From Oopsacas minuta (lineage: Eukaryota > Animalia > Porifera): a stretch of 64,000 bases of DNA. A program made the position numbers and the translations under genes. Of the stretch, positions 46,900-60,580 are shown in pieces. The stretch lies in the NCBI GenBank assembly GCA_024704765.1, contig JAKMXF010000328.1, positions 1 to 64,000 on the forward strand. Direction: 5' to 3'. Below the pieces are notes generated by a model, which saw nothing but the letters and a program-made list of their open reading frames with translations, did not search any database and was not told the origin of the DNA. Each line of letters begins with the position of its first letter. The stretch's first letter is position 1.

Positions 46900-47209
46900 T
46901 TTGAAATTCGTTTTTGTAAAAATACTCTAATTCTCAAATTGCGATATTTTTGAGAAATATATGATATTCGAGACTCAAAATGCCCAGATTACTAGCCCAA
47001 AGCCACGTAAGAGTTAGGAAAATAGCACAAAAGGCCATTAAATAGAATTTAGATGGACCATGACCAATAAAAAATTAACACATTAAGTAGTGCTGAGTAT
47101 ATCCCGTCTCGTAGCGATCAAAAGAATCAAGAAATGTAGCTGTTTGATACTTAAGCTAACCTTAGGTCCTAAGCTGTCGCGAAACGACCTAGCGAGCAAG
47201 CGCGATAGT
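46900..47209 (+). repeat. Non-autonomous Helitron-like repeat, 3' part
   Basis: AATTTAGATGGACCATGA...CGTAGCGATCAAAAGAATCAAGAAATGTAGCTG...ACGACCTAGCGAGCAAGCGCGATAG|T matches 4490-4672. Confidence 0.6.
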
Positions 47210-48326
47210 ATAGTTTACCTTGCTTTTATTAATATAGAAGAACTAAGTTCATTTTCCATTCTAATTTCGTCATTGGATTTCTTGATTAGTGAATTAAATT
47301 GGTTTTGTTGGTGACATCCTTTTCCTTCAGTGGGCCACCTCTTAATGATTCGAAAATACTTCAAATTAAGCCCATCTATATTTTTGCACATTATTCTTTC
47401 CAGTGCTTCCTAGCTAAAGGAAAACGCAGCTTTATTTTCTCCCGATTAATCCGTGAAAATCCTCTCCAACATGCGGCGGTGCTTAGAGATACTGTCATCA
47501 TTAATGTTAGGAGAGGACAAGTTCTGGATTTCAATATTCAAATTTTGAAGTCCAAAATTTCAGTACTCTAGTACTTCTCTCTAAGTATTTATCCGTCTAG
47601 ATCAGTAGGACTGTTATAACACCATATTACTGATTTTAAACGTTTCTAGTATAGGAACATTCTCTAATCATACCTTCGTGGGGATATTTGTAGGTGTACT
47701 ACTTAAGTAAGTGGTGACAATTGCAGGCGTCCCAGTAAAGTACGGCATAAAATTTCAAATTTTTGCACCCTGAATAGTTGTGCAAAACAGTGGACGTTTT
47801 TGGACATTACTTTGAGGCTTTGAGGTAGGGCAGTCTAGATCAGTTGGGCCGAACTTTGTGATTACTTGAAAATTCAAGGGGGCTAATGCATCCGAAAAAA
47901 CAGGAATAGCTTAGACACACTCGCTCATTTGCTCAATCTAAAGTGGTTCTATTTAATCTCTTCTATCACAGGTTACAGGGCCTCTTCAACTTCAGATTTG
48001 AAAGATATTTTCTACTCTTAGGTGTTTTTATACTGGAAATAGCCAGATATGACACGGTGGACTTGAAGGAATGTGAATACTGAATTAATTTACTGGGAAT
48101 TATTGAAGTTTTTTGTAAAGAATAGATGTTATAGTTATACAATGAGCAATAGAACCCCAAATATTAGCCACTTGACAAGATAACTAATAAAGAAGCCATG
48201 AAAATTGGAAATCAAACGGAACTCCTTTAGTATAATACCTATATATTGGCTCCGTTGGGGATTTTTCTCTATATATTTCAAAAATAGTGGGAGATATTGT
48301 TAAAACAATATCGACTAATTTTACAT

Positions 48327-48937
48327 TTAATAAACCTGTTGATACAATGATGGAGGATCAAATTGTTCAGTGTTAATGCCATAAATATCATCTTTATGTT
48401 CTTGCCCAAAGTTCAGAGTTGGTTGCTTTAGCGGAAATGTATATTGAGCATCCTGATGAGAGAGAGGTCTAAATGGCATTATAGAGGGAGTAGGAGAGGT
48501 CATGTTGGTAGATGTTCGGTATAATGTTTCAGCAATTGAAAAATTACCATGGTTGTGACTAGAAAATATATGTGGTAGATGAGAAGAGATAAACTCATGA
48601 ATTACAGGAGTATCTGAAAAGTTCTGATGAGGTTTATCATCACCAATAACTGGTTGCTTACTAGCTAAAAGACGTTCGGAAGCAGTTCCATGTCTTTCTC
48701 CTTTGCCATCTTTTTTGAATGAATATGAAACACGAATTGCGCGATTCGAGAGAAACTGGCCATTCAATGCTTCCATTGCAGAATCAGAAGCGTCAAAACT
48801 TGCAAAGTTGATGAAAGCAATTCCTTTCGATATTCCTGTATCAGAGTCACGCATTATTTTCGGAGTCTGCAGAATAACGCCAAAAGCGCTAAAGGTATCA
48901 TATAAGTACTTCTCGTCGATTTCAGGATCCAAGTTCC
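48327..48937 (-). CDS. SF3B4: Splicing factor 3B subunit 4 (SAP49), coding exon 2: RRM2 and C-terminal tail
   Basis: Acceptor ...ACTTCCATTTTAG|GGAACTTG, phase 1. [91 protein letters not shown] matches SF3B4 RRM2 closely. TAA at 48329-48327. Confidence 0.95.
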
Positions 48938-49423
48938 CTAAAATGGAAGTAGAGATACATGAATAATGGAGAATATTTGTATAGGGTGACAAAGGGAGAT
49001 ACAACGAAAAGAATAGCTATACACAATAACGATTAAGAATAATATCAAGATCCATTATGTCAAATAATTGAAATTTTGGATTGCAACAAAATGTTGAGAC
49101 AGAAACTGTCCCGACTTTTGTTGTTCCCGATATTCAATAGAGTAATACAGAATAGCTAATCATGAAATGCTTAACAAGTATTTCTAGAAGTTGGACTAGG
49201 GAATAGGAGTTTAACAGAAGCTTTGTAGGTATTTCCATATAGCAGAAAGGGCTCATTTTTATCCAAAAATTTATTGTATATGTGTAGAAAAGAAACCATA
49301 AATGATAAAATGACAAAATATCAGGAATGAGTCAAAATATTCGCCCAATAAGTATAGAGTAGGTAAAAATGTCATTCTTTGATGCCATGTAGAATGGTAA
49401 TAATTCCATCTTTCATTGAAAGT

Positions 49424-49457
49424 AATCATGTAAATCATGTAAATCATGTAAATCATG
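49424..49457. repeat. 9-bp tandem repeat (AATCATGTA) x3.8
   Basis: Read directly from the sequence. Confidence 0.9.
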
Positions 49458-50396
49458 AAAAACGTGAATTATGTATATACGTTGATATGTTAAGACACCA
49501 TGTGATTCAAAACAGTTTCTGTACAAATATATAAGATAGTCATGAAAAGTTGGCACGTTTCTGAGTTACAGCTAAAATCATTGATTGCCAGGGATTGTAG
49601 AAATGCTGCAAACTGTTAACATGAAGAAAATTGCTCAAGGCACAGGCAAATACACTAAACTTATAATGCACCACTATATCAGGAAAATTTCAAATGTATT
49701 TAGTACTATTTCTAACCCAATTTAGAACATTTTGTTCATCCAGTACTCTTGATAGATATTGATTTATGATTTGAATTTATGTAACTGTATTGAGCGGTAA
49801 GAATTTCAATACGTATTTTAGTGGTATTAATGGTATCACAGTTGTGTGATATGAACGAAGAATTGAGATTATATCACTAATCTTGGAAAGAATCACGAAA
49901 AGAATTTCAAATTCTGTGAAATAGTGAAATAGATTTATCTGTATATTCAATGTAATAACTCGTTAATATGGACACATTTAATACGAATTACGATAAATAT
50001 GATCAGAATTTTACACAATTTTAGTACGTACATGGATATTCAATTGTTTTTACTCCGGTTAATACGTACTACGGATAGGGAGCACAAATCTCGAAGGTCC
50101 CTTGGTGTACGTATTAACGAAGTTCTACTGTAGTAGTCATAGATTCCTTTCAAAAATTTCGAATTATTGAAGAGAACACAAAATATACTCGTAAGAGACA
50201 AATCTTGTATAACCAAACCACTTTTACCCGGTTAATATTATATTTGCATACAATTTGGTGAAATGGAGCTTCACAATGAGAAACAAAAGACATAGAGACA
50301 ACCTACTCTATTTAAATTCTGTAAAAATTTGTGAAATAATATAATTCAAACGTGTCTGAAGAATTTTCTGACACAGAACAGGACGAATTCGTATTC

Positions 50397-51741
50397 CAGG
50401 GTGGAAAGAAATTGATGCCCTACTGACCTAATTTATAATATGAACCCAAAATAATCTTGAAGTTTGATAATTACCATATTTTCATCAGTTATTTATTTCT
50501 TACGTTTTGTTCTTTGATTTTGACATATTGTTCTTGCTTGGGAAGCGTATTTTATTTATATTATTTATCAGATTTGTTTATCCAAATTTCAGCTGATAAT
50601 AATGGTTAGGGAGACCAGTTCATGTGCAAGAAGCAGGGCTGTACGAATGGTATTAGGAGGAATGACCCAAAAATGTGCTTCAGAAAAGTTAGGTGTGAAT
50701 ATTCGTACAATTCGACGATGGCCATCCCGTTATCAGAATGAAGGTTCCCTAGAAAATATGCATGGACGTGACGTAAATCAAAACTTGCAAAAGTTGCAAA
50801 AATCGTCATAGCCAAACCTATTTCCAAGAGACATCAATCAACACGGAAATTAGCTAAACGTTTACGCTCAAAGGGTTGTGCAGTATCTCATACTACTGTG
50901 CGTAAGTATTCAAGGAGTACACTCAAAGTAATTCGTTTCAAACCTCAAAAACAGCCAAAAATTACTGAAAAACAGCGGACCGCTCGCCTAAAGTTTTGTC
51001 GAGATCGAAAAACTTGGAAAATAGAAGACTGGTGTCGTGTATTGTTTTTAGACGAATCACCCTTTGAGATATATCCACATCCTAAAAGTCTAAATGATCG
51101 TGTCTGGGCTTATGACCGATCTCAGCTTTTACCCTCTGAAAGAATAAAATTTCCCTCAAAAATCCTTGTATGGGGTGTAATGTCGTTCAGAGCTGTATCA
51201 GAACTTCATTTCATCCCCAAAGGCCAAACAATCACAGCTGAATATTATGTGAACGAGATATTAAATGGATCATTGATGTCTAGTTTGCTTCGCCAACCAG
51301 AACAGGGCAGTATTTTAACTAGGAAGTTGTTGCCAGACATGTCACAGTACATTTTCCAACAGGATGGTGCGCTGGGACATACAGCCAAAAGAGCACAAGA
51401 ATGGTGCAATACCAACTTAGTTGAGTTTTGGCATAAGAGTCAATGGCCAGGCAACTCTCCTCATCTCAACCCGATAGAAAATTTATGGTCTATCGTAAAC
51501 CAAGAGATTGAACTGATGGACACTCCAACCAATATTTCAATGCTCGAAAAACACATCAAGCAGGCGTGGTCTCAAATTTCACCAGAAACTTTGGAGAATT
51601 TAGTATCCGGGATGCCAAAAAGGATGAAATTATGCATAAAACAAAAGGGTGGATATATTGGAAAATAACTAGTGTATCGTATTGTTGTATTATCACATTA
51701 TGATAAGAATAATATTAGGGCATCAATTTCTTTCCACCCTG
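50397..51741 (+). mobile_element. Second DD37E IS630/Tc1/mariner family element (intronic), nearly intact
   Basis: 26-bp perfect TIR CAGGGTGGAAAGAAATTGATGCCCTA; TA on the right, TC on the left; 1345 bp. ORFs 50602-50811 and 50898-51668 are separated by an apparent single frameshift near 50770. FLDESPF; FQQDG-(37 aa)-NPIE. Confidence 0.95.
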
Positions 51742-52002
51742 TAGTATAATATTGGATATAAAATATGAGAAGATCTAGAAACGATTATTTGTTAGAATAA
51801 TACAATTCCTATTTCCAGATTATGAATGTAAATATTATTCACAAATATACCCAATTAAAAGTTCAATCAACAAATGATTATGATATTAATATATTAGGAA
51901 ATGAGATTAATATGTGTTACCACGAGAATTGTCATCCTTTTTATACGACTTTTCATGAAACCTACTGCTTAAATAGGGACACCTGCACTATACAGTGAAG
52001 TG

Positions 52003-55000
52003 CAGTGGTTCCCAAACTTGGGTCCCTGGACCCTTGGTTGTCCACTGAGAATAGAAGGGGTCTACAGGATCAAGTGCAGTCTATTGGAAGGGCCGACAGC
52101 ATGGGCGGTGCGTAATAGAGGCTAGGGACAGCCTACCAAAATTTATATCATTGAGTTCTAATTGAGGGCTTTTCACTAAGTTTATCGAATATATCGTGAT
52201 AATAATTATCCCACAAATTAATCAAAATATTCAAGTTGTATTGAACTGAGCTTTTGGGAACTGAAATATGATTGTATTGTAGATTATTGTTGACCCATGA
52301 ATTGCTGGCTCAATAATAGTATATAGACAAACTTACGTCATTCCCATAAAATATCTCCAAATTATTATACAGGGTGTCTAATAAGTTCTGTCCCATAAAT
52401 CACATCTCATTGCATAGTTACGTATGAACACACAAGCAGTTTTAGATGCATAATTTGTAGTACTTTTTCTGCTCTTTCTAACGATGTAATAGGCTTCTAC
52501 ATAATATAATTGACACTTGTGAAAATAATGGCTGAAAAAATTAGATCCAAAATTATCGCACTTTTCGAGATAGGTAGCTCAAAAAAGGAAATTTTTCACA
52601 AACTAAAAGGGAAAGGTTTCACCTAAGCTAACATATCGTACCATAAAACGATATAAGGATACTGGAAGCTTGAGTGACAAACCTATATCCGGTCTCCAAG
52701 GTCTGTAAGGACTCCAGCCTTGAAAAACAAAGTCCCTGCCGAATTTCTCGGAATCCCCGGAGATCCATCAGGAAAATGGCCCGTGAGTTATCGGTTAATC
52801 ATGAAACGATGCGAAAACTCGTTGTTGAGGATCTAGGGCTTAAGTCTTTTAAAAGAAAGACGGTACACCACCTTAACCCGAGTATTCGGACTAAGAGGCT
52901 GGCTAGATCGAAAACACTTCTTCAGCGGTTCGCTCCTGGGGCCCAAGACCAGATCCTCTTCTCAGAGGAGAAATTTTTCACGATTGAAGAGGCTTGGAAC
53001 AGACAAAATGATCGGATTCTTGCTACCAGTTCCACAGCAATCCCAGAAAACCTGAAATACATGGATAGAGTGCAGAAGCCAATGTCTGTGATGGTTTGGG
53101 GGGGGTGTCCGCAAAGGCACGGACAAATCTGATTTTTGTCCCCCAAGGGGTCAAAATCAACTCTGCGACATACCAAGAATTGATTTTGGAACAGGAAATC
53201 AGTGTAGCTGGGCAAAATCTATTTAGAAATAACACTTGGATCTTTCAACAGGATTCTGCCCCAGCACATGCATCCAAAAAGCACTCAAGACTGGTTAAGG
53301 GCAAGAAAAATCGAGTTTATTAGCAAAGACGAATGGCCCCCATCTAGTCCAGATTTGAATCCGCTCGATTATAGCGTCTGGGCTAATTTGGAGGGAAGGG
53401 CCTGTGCTAAACCTCACAAGAGTTTGGACTCTCTGAAGCTCTCCCTTCAGCGTTAATGGCAGAAAATACAACAAGATGAGCTGCGAAATGCAGTAGGGAA
53501 CTTTAGGACGCGGCTATAGGCTGTAATTTCTCAAAAGGGAGGATATATTGAGTAAACACTTTACTAAACAATTTATTACTAAATATTCTATCAGTTTGCA
53601 AAATATCAACCAAATTGGTTTAATATAGAAATTATGGCAGGCAAAAACATTGAGGACAGAACTTATTAGACACCCTGTACTTGAGCGGTTATACTTCTTA
53701 ACAATTAGCTGACTTCTGCTACCTATCTTGTGATTTCTAAAAGTTTTAATTAATTATAGAACACTTTTCTGTGCTAGCTGTCAATCTACAATGGATCTAA
53801 GAAATTTCTTTTCTTCATCCAGCATGGAGAATATGTTTCAAGGAGAAGGAAATCTAGGTGCAGATAATTATCTTGTGCGAGACGACACTTCACTGGGTCC
53901 TGATCGTGAGGAGGCATTCGACCTGCAATGTGTGGAGGGTTCGATTAATAGTGGAATACCATTCATATCAGTCCTAAGACTTGGAGTTCAAGAATCAGGG
54001 CCATCACAACCGTCTTATCGGGCATATCCAAATCCGTTTTGGTAAACACACTAAATCATTTACAACTGGATTATACAGTGTATGTCCTTTCATTGAATAC
54101 TGTAAGCAGACAGATGTAGTATTCTGCTTCCATGTTGATAGTTTGAAATCAGTCCTAGAGAATATGCTTTTACGCAATCTGGGTACGTGACTGAAAAACA
54201 TAAAGAGAAACCTCATACGTCACTAGGAAACTAATCAACTTTGTAAACTGCTATGAAAATTGGCAATTCTTCTCAAAAATCGAAAGAATTCGAGATCAAC
54301 AGATTGTAGCCTAGTTAAGATGGTGCCGCTATCATGTCAGGACATTTAAGTGTTGTTCAGCATAAAATATCCCAAGTTGGTCCAACGGCAATTTATGTGC
54401 ATTGCATGGCACATAAGTTAAATCTAGTTCTAGCCTATGCCTGCAAAGTTAATAGAACGGCTAGAACGTTTTTCTATATTCTAGAGGCTCTCTACAACTT
54501 TTTTCTCAACCTGGTACACATTATATGTACCATACTGAACAACTTGAGCTGGGCGTGAAGTGTGATTAGTCGTGTTTAAGTGATATTAGGTGAGCCTGCA
54601 GATGGAAATCTGTGTGTGCTGTAACTAATTCAATGAAGTATCTAATTAGCTCTCTAAATGGGCTTTCACAGCCTCCATACGCAAAATTTATCACAGCATC
54701 TGACCTATTAAGCAAAGTTTAAAGAATGTCAATATTCCAACTCAGTCACTGGAAATTATCAGAAGTGCAGATGCTGTACTAAATTGTGATTCTACGGGGA
54801 TTTACGCAATTCCAATTTATATTCCAGTACTTTCTCGATCAATACGAAACTTGGACACACAGAGATGGAAATGGTTCTAATGAATTTACAAACTAGGGAT
54901 AATTGCTATGAGGAACTGAAGACGGCTGCCTTAAAGGGATTTACCCGAACTTTACAGAACTTTTGAAAGTGGAGCTGACATTGCCTATTGGAAAGCGACA

Positions 55001-55398
55001 TGTGAGAGGTCCTTTTCAGCCATTCGAAGGGTGAAAAACTGTTAGAAATTGTGCTTGTTCGATTTAACCAAGAATATTGATCCTCGACAGACAATTGATG
55101 TTTATAATAAAAATCAAAACGTCGAATCACTCTTCATTAATTAATGAAAAATTTTAGAATTAATACTTTCTAAATCTTTCCATATACAATATTAAATACG
55201 TACTCAAATGTTTAAGAATGTTCAATCCCACTTTACTGAGAAATAATTTAGATTCATCATGGCAAGTTGAAATAAGAATCTAGGAATATTATTCAATTAT
55301 TATTATTTAATATCCTCTACATATGGAACCTCAAGCGCGCCTATGGTTCACAGAATGTAGTAAAATTGGCATAGGGTGAAAAGGGTTGGGACCCTTTG
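52003..55398 (+). mobile_element. hAT element (intronic), internally deleted, containing a maT insertion
   Basis: Left CAGTGGTTCCCAAAC; right GGTTGGGACCC..TG. TSD GTGAAGTG (51995-52002) vs GTGTAGTG once the 55402 MITE is removed. Transposase remnants PFIEYCKQTDVVFCFH; DGAAIMSG..IYVHCMAHKLNLVL; LTLPIG..CER-SFS. Confidence 0.75.
52370..53677 (+). mobile_element. maT (DD37D) transposon, frameshifted
   Basis: 24-bp perfect TIR CAGGGTGTCTAATAAGTTCTGTCC; TA TSD; 1308 bp. ILFSEEK (first D replaced by E); FQQDSAPAH-(37 aa after frameshift correction)-SPDLNPLDY. Confidence 0.93.
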
Positions 55399-55401
55399 GT
55401 G

Positions 55402-55808
55402 CAGACATGGCCAAATACATTGAAAAGTTTTGAATTAAAATACAAATACTTGTGAACTTTCAAAAACAATACAAATACAAATACTCTTAATTGACAATGT
55501 ATTCAAATACAAATACAGATACTTTGGATGTATTTAAGTACAAATACAAATACAATCCGATCATAGAGTGGCAAATTGCCATTGTGTTGGATTACCAACT
55601 TATTTTAATCTACCTCACATATGAATAACTGAAACTTATTATGGGTGTATAATAAATATTTGATTGTATTTACAAAGTATTTGAATATTATAAATACGTT
55701 TTGAAAGTATATAAATACAAATACAAATACAAAATACTTTCATTTAGAGAATGTTAAAATATGAATACAATACAAATACAAAGGCATATGTATTTGACCC
55801 TATGTCTA
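55402..55808. mobile_element. hAT-type MITE with AAATAC internal repeats
   Basis: CAGACATGGCCAAATACAT / ATGTATTTGACCCTATGTCTA; flanks CTTTGGTG / CCCTGGTG (6/8 identical); dense CAAATAC repeats. Confidence 0.75.
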
Positions 55809-56863
55809 CCCTGGTGTAGTGCCTATTACTATTATCATTACAGTAGTAATTATTTGAGAATATACTAGGATATCAATATACAAATTTTTAAGCAAACAGG
55901 ATAGATAAATATAAAAATCGAACTCAAGTTACTAATGATGACAGGCGACGTTTATGATTATTGTGTTTAGAGTATGTTATTGATACAGAATCTTAAGTTT
56001 AAATGAGAAATGAGAAATTAGGCAATACAGTAATATATTTGTGGAGGTGCTTGTATCAATAGTGGAAATGATACTATAAATCGAATACGGACGGGAAAAA
56101 TGTGTAATTGTATGAGGGGAAAATCTCGTTTGTGGTGTGGGAATTGGTTAAAAGGAAGTGGTAAATTTTAGCATTCCTTTTCATTACGAATGAAATACTT
56201 AGGGCGTTATGGGTAATTTTGAATATTGCCAGGTCATGAAGCAGAAATTTAGGGCCTTCTGGGCCGGTTCTGTAGCGTTGCCATGGTTTAAGATAAACTC
56301 CTGGGATGCTGGGTTCTTGTAAGAAAGTGACAGAGCTTAGCCCAATAAGCTTTATGGAAAATTACAGATCAAACCAAATAAAAAAGAATTTCCTACTTAT
56401 ATCTAACTATTTCAAAAAAACATAGTATGTCCAAAAATCAAATAAATCAGACCTGAAATTCGCCCAAAGTGCAATTAAAAAAGAAAAATAATATTGTTTT
56501 TCTATTTTAACTTAAAATGCTAGTGGGTCATCACACTAAATTAGTTAGGTCCCCACACTAAACGCCACTGCCTAGAAAGGGCTCACACTGTTCATGGGTG
56601 TGGATGCCCCCTCCAACTGCGATAGATCATTGCTGTTCATCTCTGCCTAATTCCAAGAGAAATTTGGGATAGCAAGGACACTTTCACAAATACTTGACTC
56701 TCTTCATTTAATTTTGGGTTAGTCTTTTGGTGTCCCACTAGTGCAACGTGGAGGGGCTTCGATAATTCACAGACCCGGCCGGAACATTTGAATACCATAG
56801 TTTACGGAAAGGAACGAAGAAAATATTTTTGAATAAATTTCTAAGTATATTAATTGCCACATA

Positions 56864-58163
56864 CCGAGTGTTCAATAAGTTCGCAGAAAATATGTTTCCA
56901 CTACAGTGAACTAACAAGTTACTATAATAAATGTTCAAAATACTCCCCATTAGCATCAATACACCTTTGACAGCGCTGTAAGCACATGCCAAATAGCTTG
57001 GAATAGCTACTTACTGGTATACACTCAACTGCCTCTAAAAACGCAGCGATTAGCACGGATTCTGATTCAAAACGTCCGCCCTTTAGTTGTCTTTTTAGAT
57101 TCGGGAACAGCCAAAAGTCACAAGAGGCAAGATCTGGGCTGTAGGGGGATGTTCAATCATTTCTAAGCCTGATTGTCTAAAAACTCTTTGGTCCTTCTGG
57201 TTGTGTGCGCTGGAGCATTATCATGATGAAATTTCATCCCACTGATCCCAGGCTTTGGTCTCAACGTCTCCACAGTTTGGAACACTTTGGGAAGGCAATA
57301 CTCGGTATACCAAGCTGCAGTAACTGTATGCTTCGCTGGAAGCATCACAAATTCAAGAAGTCCTCTCGTGGTGAAGAAAATTGCGAACATTCGCTTGCCA
57401 ACCGTCATGAATCGTTTGGGAATTGTGTCCGGTACCTCATCTTCAAATATCCATTTAGAGCTCTGTTGCTTCGTTCGCATGTCATAGAAGTAAACCCATG
57501 TTTCATCACCCGTTGTTACTTCTGAATGCCACCGAGAATCTGCCTTCGAGTACTTTAGTAACATAGAGCGACAAAATTGGATCCGACGATTTTCTGCTCC
57601 AAAGGTAGAAATGTGGGACTAACTTGGAACAAACCCTTCTTAGACCAAGGTGTTGGTGTAGGATTGTTTCTATTGTTCCCGATGATACTGATGCATCCTG
57701 AACTAACTGACGGATAGTAATCTGTCTGTTCTCTCTTACCAGTTCCTCCACCTTGGTGATATTTTCATCGGCGGTCGCTGTAATCAGGCGTTCGGTAAGA
57801 AAATCATCATCCAAGCACATGCAACCCAAACGAAATCGGCTGTACCACTTGTAAATGCTTGTTTTGGATGGAGACTGTTCTCCAAAAACAGAAAACATCT
57901 CACTGATGCACTCCATAGCGTTTATTCCACGTTTGTAGTTGTAAAACATTATGGCTCGAAAATCCCTATTATTCAAATTTTCCATTGAAAAATCAAAATT
58001 TGAAAATGAATTGACTAAATTGAGTGTAACAGAAAAAGTAAACTACTTAGAATGCTGAAATTTTATCTACTATTCATTCGCCAGCTATACTACTTATGGT
58101 CAATTAACATTAACGCTACTAAATGAACTTCATATATATTCCGCGAATTTATTGAACACTCGG
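56864..58163 (-). mobile_element. mariner (DD34D) transposon (intronic), frameshifted
   Basis: TIR CCGAGTGTTCAATAA(G/A)TTCGC(A/G)GAA; TA TSD; 1300 bp. TGDETWVYFYD; HHDNAPAH; YSPDLASCDF; ORFs 57506-57985 and 57163-57564. Confidence 0.95.
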
Positions 58164-58283
58164 TAATGAACATTGAAATCACAAAATAACAGTTATCAGG
58201 GATTTGTATGAAATGTTACTTTGATGGTAATCATTATGTCAAATTTAAAAACATTTGTACAATATTAAAGTAATTCCACCTAA

Positions 58284-58427
58284 CATAGGCGTAAAACTTT
58301 TGAATTTTTATGAAAATCTGGGGGGGCGGAGAGATGCCAAGCGCCTGCCATCCTGGGGTGAGATAGGCCCACCCTTTCCAGACTTTTCTCCGAGGGGGCA
58401 GGTCCCCCCCATGCAACGACGCCTATG
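58284..58427. mobile_element. 144-bp hAT-type MITE
   Basis: TIR CATAGGCGT / ACGCCTATG; TSD CCACCTAA / CCACCTAT (7/8); GC-rich interior. Confidence 0.88.
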
Positions 58428-60039
58428 CCACCTATAATGTTTACCTCTCCAATTTGGGATAATGTTTTGACTGGAGGGAGGTAGTCAAACAGCTGATAGG
58501 TGGTTAATATAATATTCGTTATCAGAAAAATGAAAGTTATTCATGTGATATTATTAGATATTTTATTGATTTCGCTTAAAAATGAATAAAATGACTAACA
58601 CCAACGTGAAAACGCAAAAAGTCATACTTACAAGGCTAAATGTAATTGTCACATCAGTGATGCGAAAACATTCTCACCTTGTTGAGAGCATAACATTGAA
58701 CATTTCATCCGTCATATGTTTAATCTCTCTCATCTCTGGTGATGATGATGTAACAAAAACTTCAATCCACCATAAGCATCGGAGATTTGTCAGATCTATC
58801 TGAGATCTCTATGCAATCTAGGGACCACGTAATCTATGTTAGGTATTCATCCAAAGTGAATAGTCTATTTACTTCGCTTGTATACACAGAATAGTGACTA
58901 AATGACGCTTCACCTATACTTTAAGAAACAATAAATTTATGTTTATGTCGATATATGCTAGTATGTCCAGGATTGATTGAATAAACTGTAGGACTTCCAG
59001 CACTGATTTGGGCTTACTCGGAAAAGTACGAATCTTGGACGAATATTCACACATATGAAGAAATTTTAACGTTATTGTCACCTTTTTGGAATTTCGAAAT
59101 ATTACATTATTTGCCACTGATCAGCCAATATGATATATTTTGGGCCTAAATCCGAATCATGGATTTTGGGTTAAATTCGGATATTTTTTGTCTAGTTCCT
59201 GCGTGTCGTCAGAACGTGTTGCATCTTGCTGGGTACCTGTGATAGAATTTTCAAACTTCTCTCATCGTTTGGGAGTAGGAATTAGACTCAAAATGTAAAT
59301 CTGATTTTGACCCAAAACACGTAAAGTAGTATTTAGACCAAAAATCTCCGATTTAGATTTTCAAAGTTCCAATTGTTGACGAAAACCTTAATATATTAGA
59401 GAGGGACTGTTGCCATTCAAATATTTCTTCTTATATTCAGTCCGCTGTTGAGTTTTTGAAAGTTATTCTTTTTTGCCTCCTTGTAATTTCTAGGCTATTA
59501 TCCAGCATTCCTAGTTCTAGATCATAATCTGTCATTACACTCTGAAAAACAAACATAAACTTCCAAACGTTAGATGAATGATCTTTATGTACGCATTTAG
59601 ACAGTTACGGTATGAATCAGTACGATTATTTATGTTAAACTCATAGTAAAATAATGATATGCCAAAACAACTCTTGCTTCAGCCCAGAATTTAGGCAAAT
59701 AACTTGAATTTTGCACACATGGGCAATTCGCTTTCAGTTAATCCAATTAATGGGAGGTGAATTAGTCCGACGAATCTCCTCTTTCAAATTTCTTTGAGAG
59801 AGCACATCGAAAACATCTGATTCATTTGGTTTCATCATATTGTACATCTAGAAATATCTATCTGAAAGAAACTTTGTCGAATTTAACTTCTTGACTTCAA
59901 TAATGCATAAGTGATATGCAATAGTGGTTGCATACTCATAAACACTTTCCACATGCAAAGTTGTAAACACTAATGATATGTACAAACACACAAACGAAAA
60001 AATAATTTTATTTTCTTGGCTAATTCAATTATATCGCTT

Positions 60040-60420
60040 GCCTCAAAATTCACGAATGGAGATAGAGAATTGAAGTATCACTCGATTCCTATTTCAGTTT
60101 TCCCTAACTAATTTTGGTTCAAATCCGAAATCACCTTTGGGTCAAACGTCAGGATTTTGACCAATTGCTAACTCATCATGGAAGTATTACATCATCATGA
60201 CTACAAAAATATCCGAATGTTGAGAATTTCATCATACTAGAAGCGCCAAATTGCCCAGATTACCAACCAAAAGTCAAGTAGCAGCTCTAGTATTGCCATA
60301 GAATGCCAATAAATGGAATTAGAAATTAAAATTCTAGGCGGATATTGAGGATAACGAAGCGAGTAGCGATCAAAAGCATCAAGAAATTTAGTTGCTTCAT
60401 AACTAAGATAAACTTCATAA
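60040..60420 (+). repeat. Helitron-like repeat family fragment (intronic)
   Basis: GAGTAGCGATCAAAAGCATCAAGAAATTTAG matches the 47110 and 4570 copies; the 3' CTAG end is absent. Confidence 0.5.
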
Positions 60421-60580
60421 TGTTTTTTCATAGTATTCATATGACATGCTTTGATAAAGTTTCGTCGAAAAATTTCATTGTGATCAAAAGAACCCTCCAA
60501 ATTACCAAGGGGACCAAAATACCATTATATTCAAATGTTTGGAAACTACTAATCTCGATTCTTGAGGAATGATAACTTAC

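Larger units (their letters stand above)
48938..60580 (-). other. SF3B4: SF3B4 intron, 11,643 bp, phase 1, GT-AG
   Basis: Donor TTTATTG|GTAAGT (GT at 60580-60579), acceptor TTTTAG (AG at 48939-48938). Splicing joins G+GG into Gly and restores [13 protein letters not shown] in frame. Confidence 0.9.

Noticed and set aside
59640-60000. Possible Helitron N-terminal fragment on the minus strand (..LPKFWAEA.., similar to LAKFWEG at 21700)
   Set aside because: The similarity rests on about 15 nt and one short motif, which is too weak to call.
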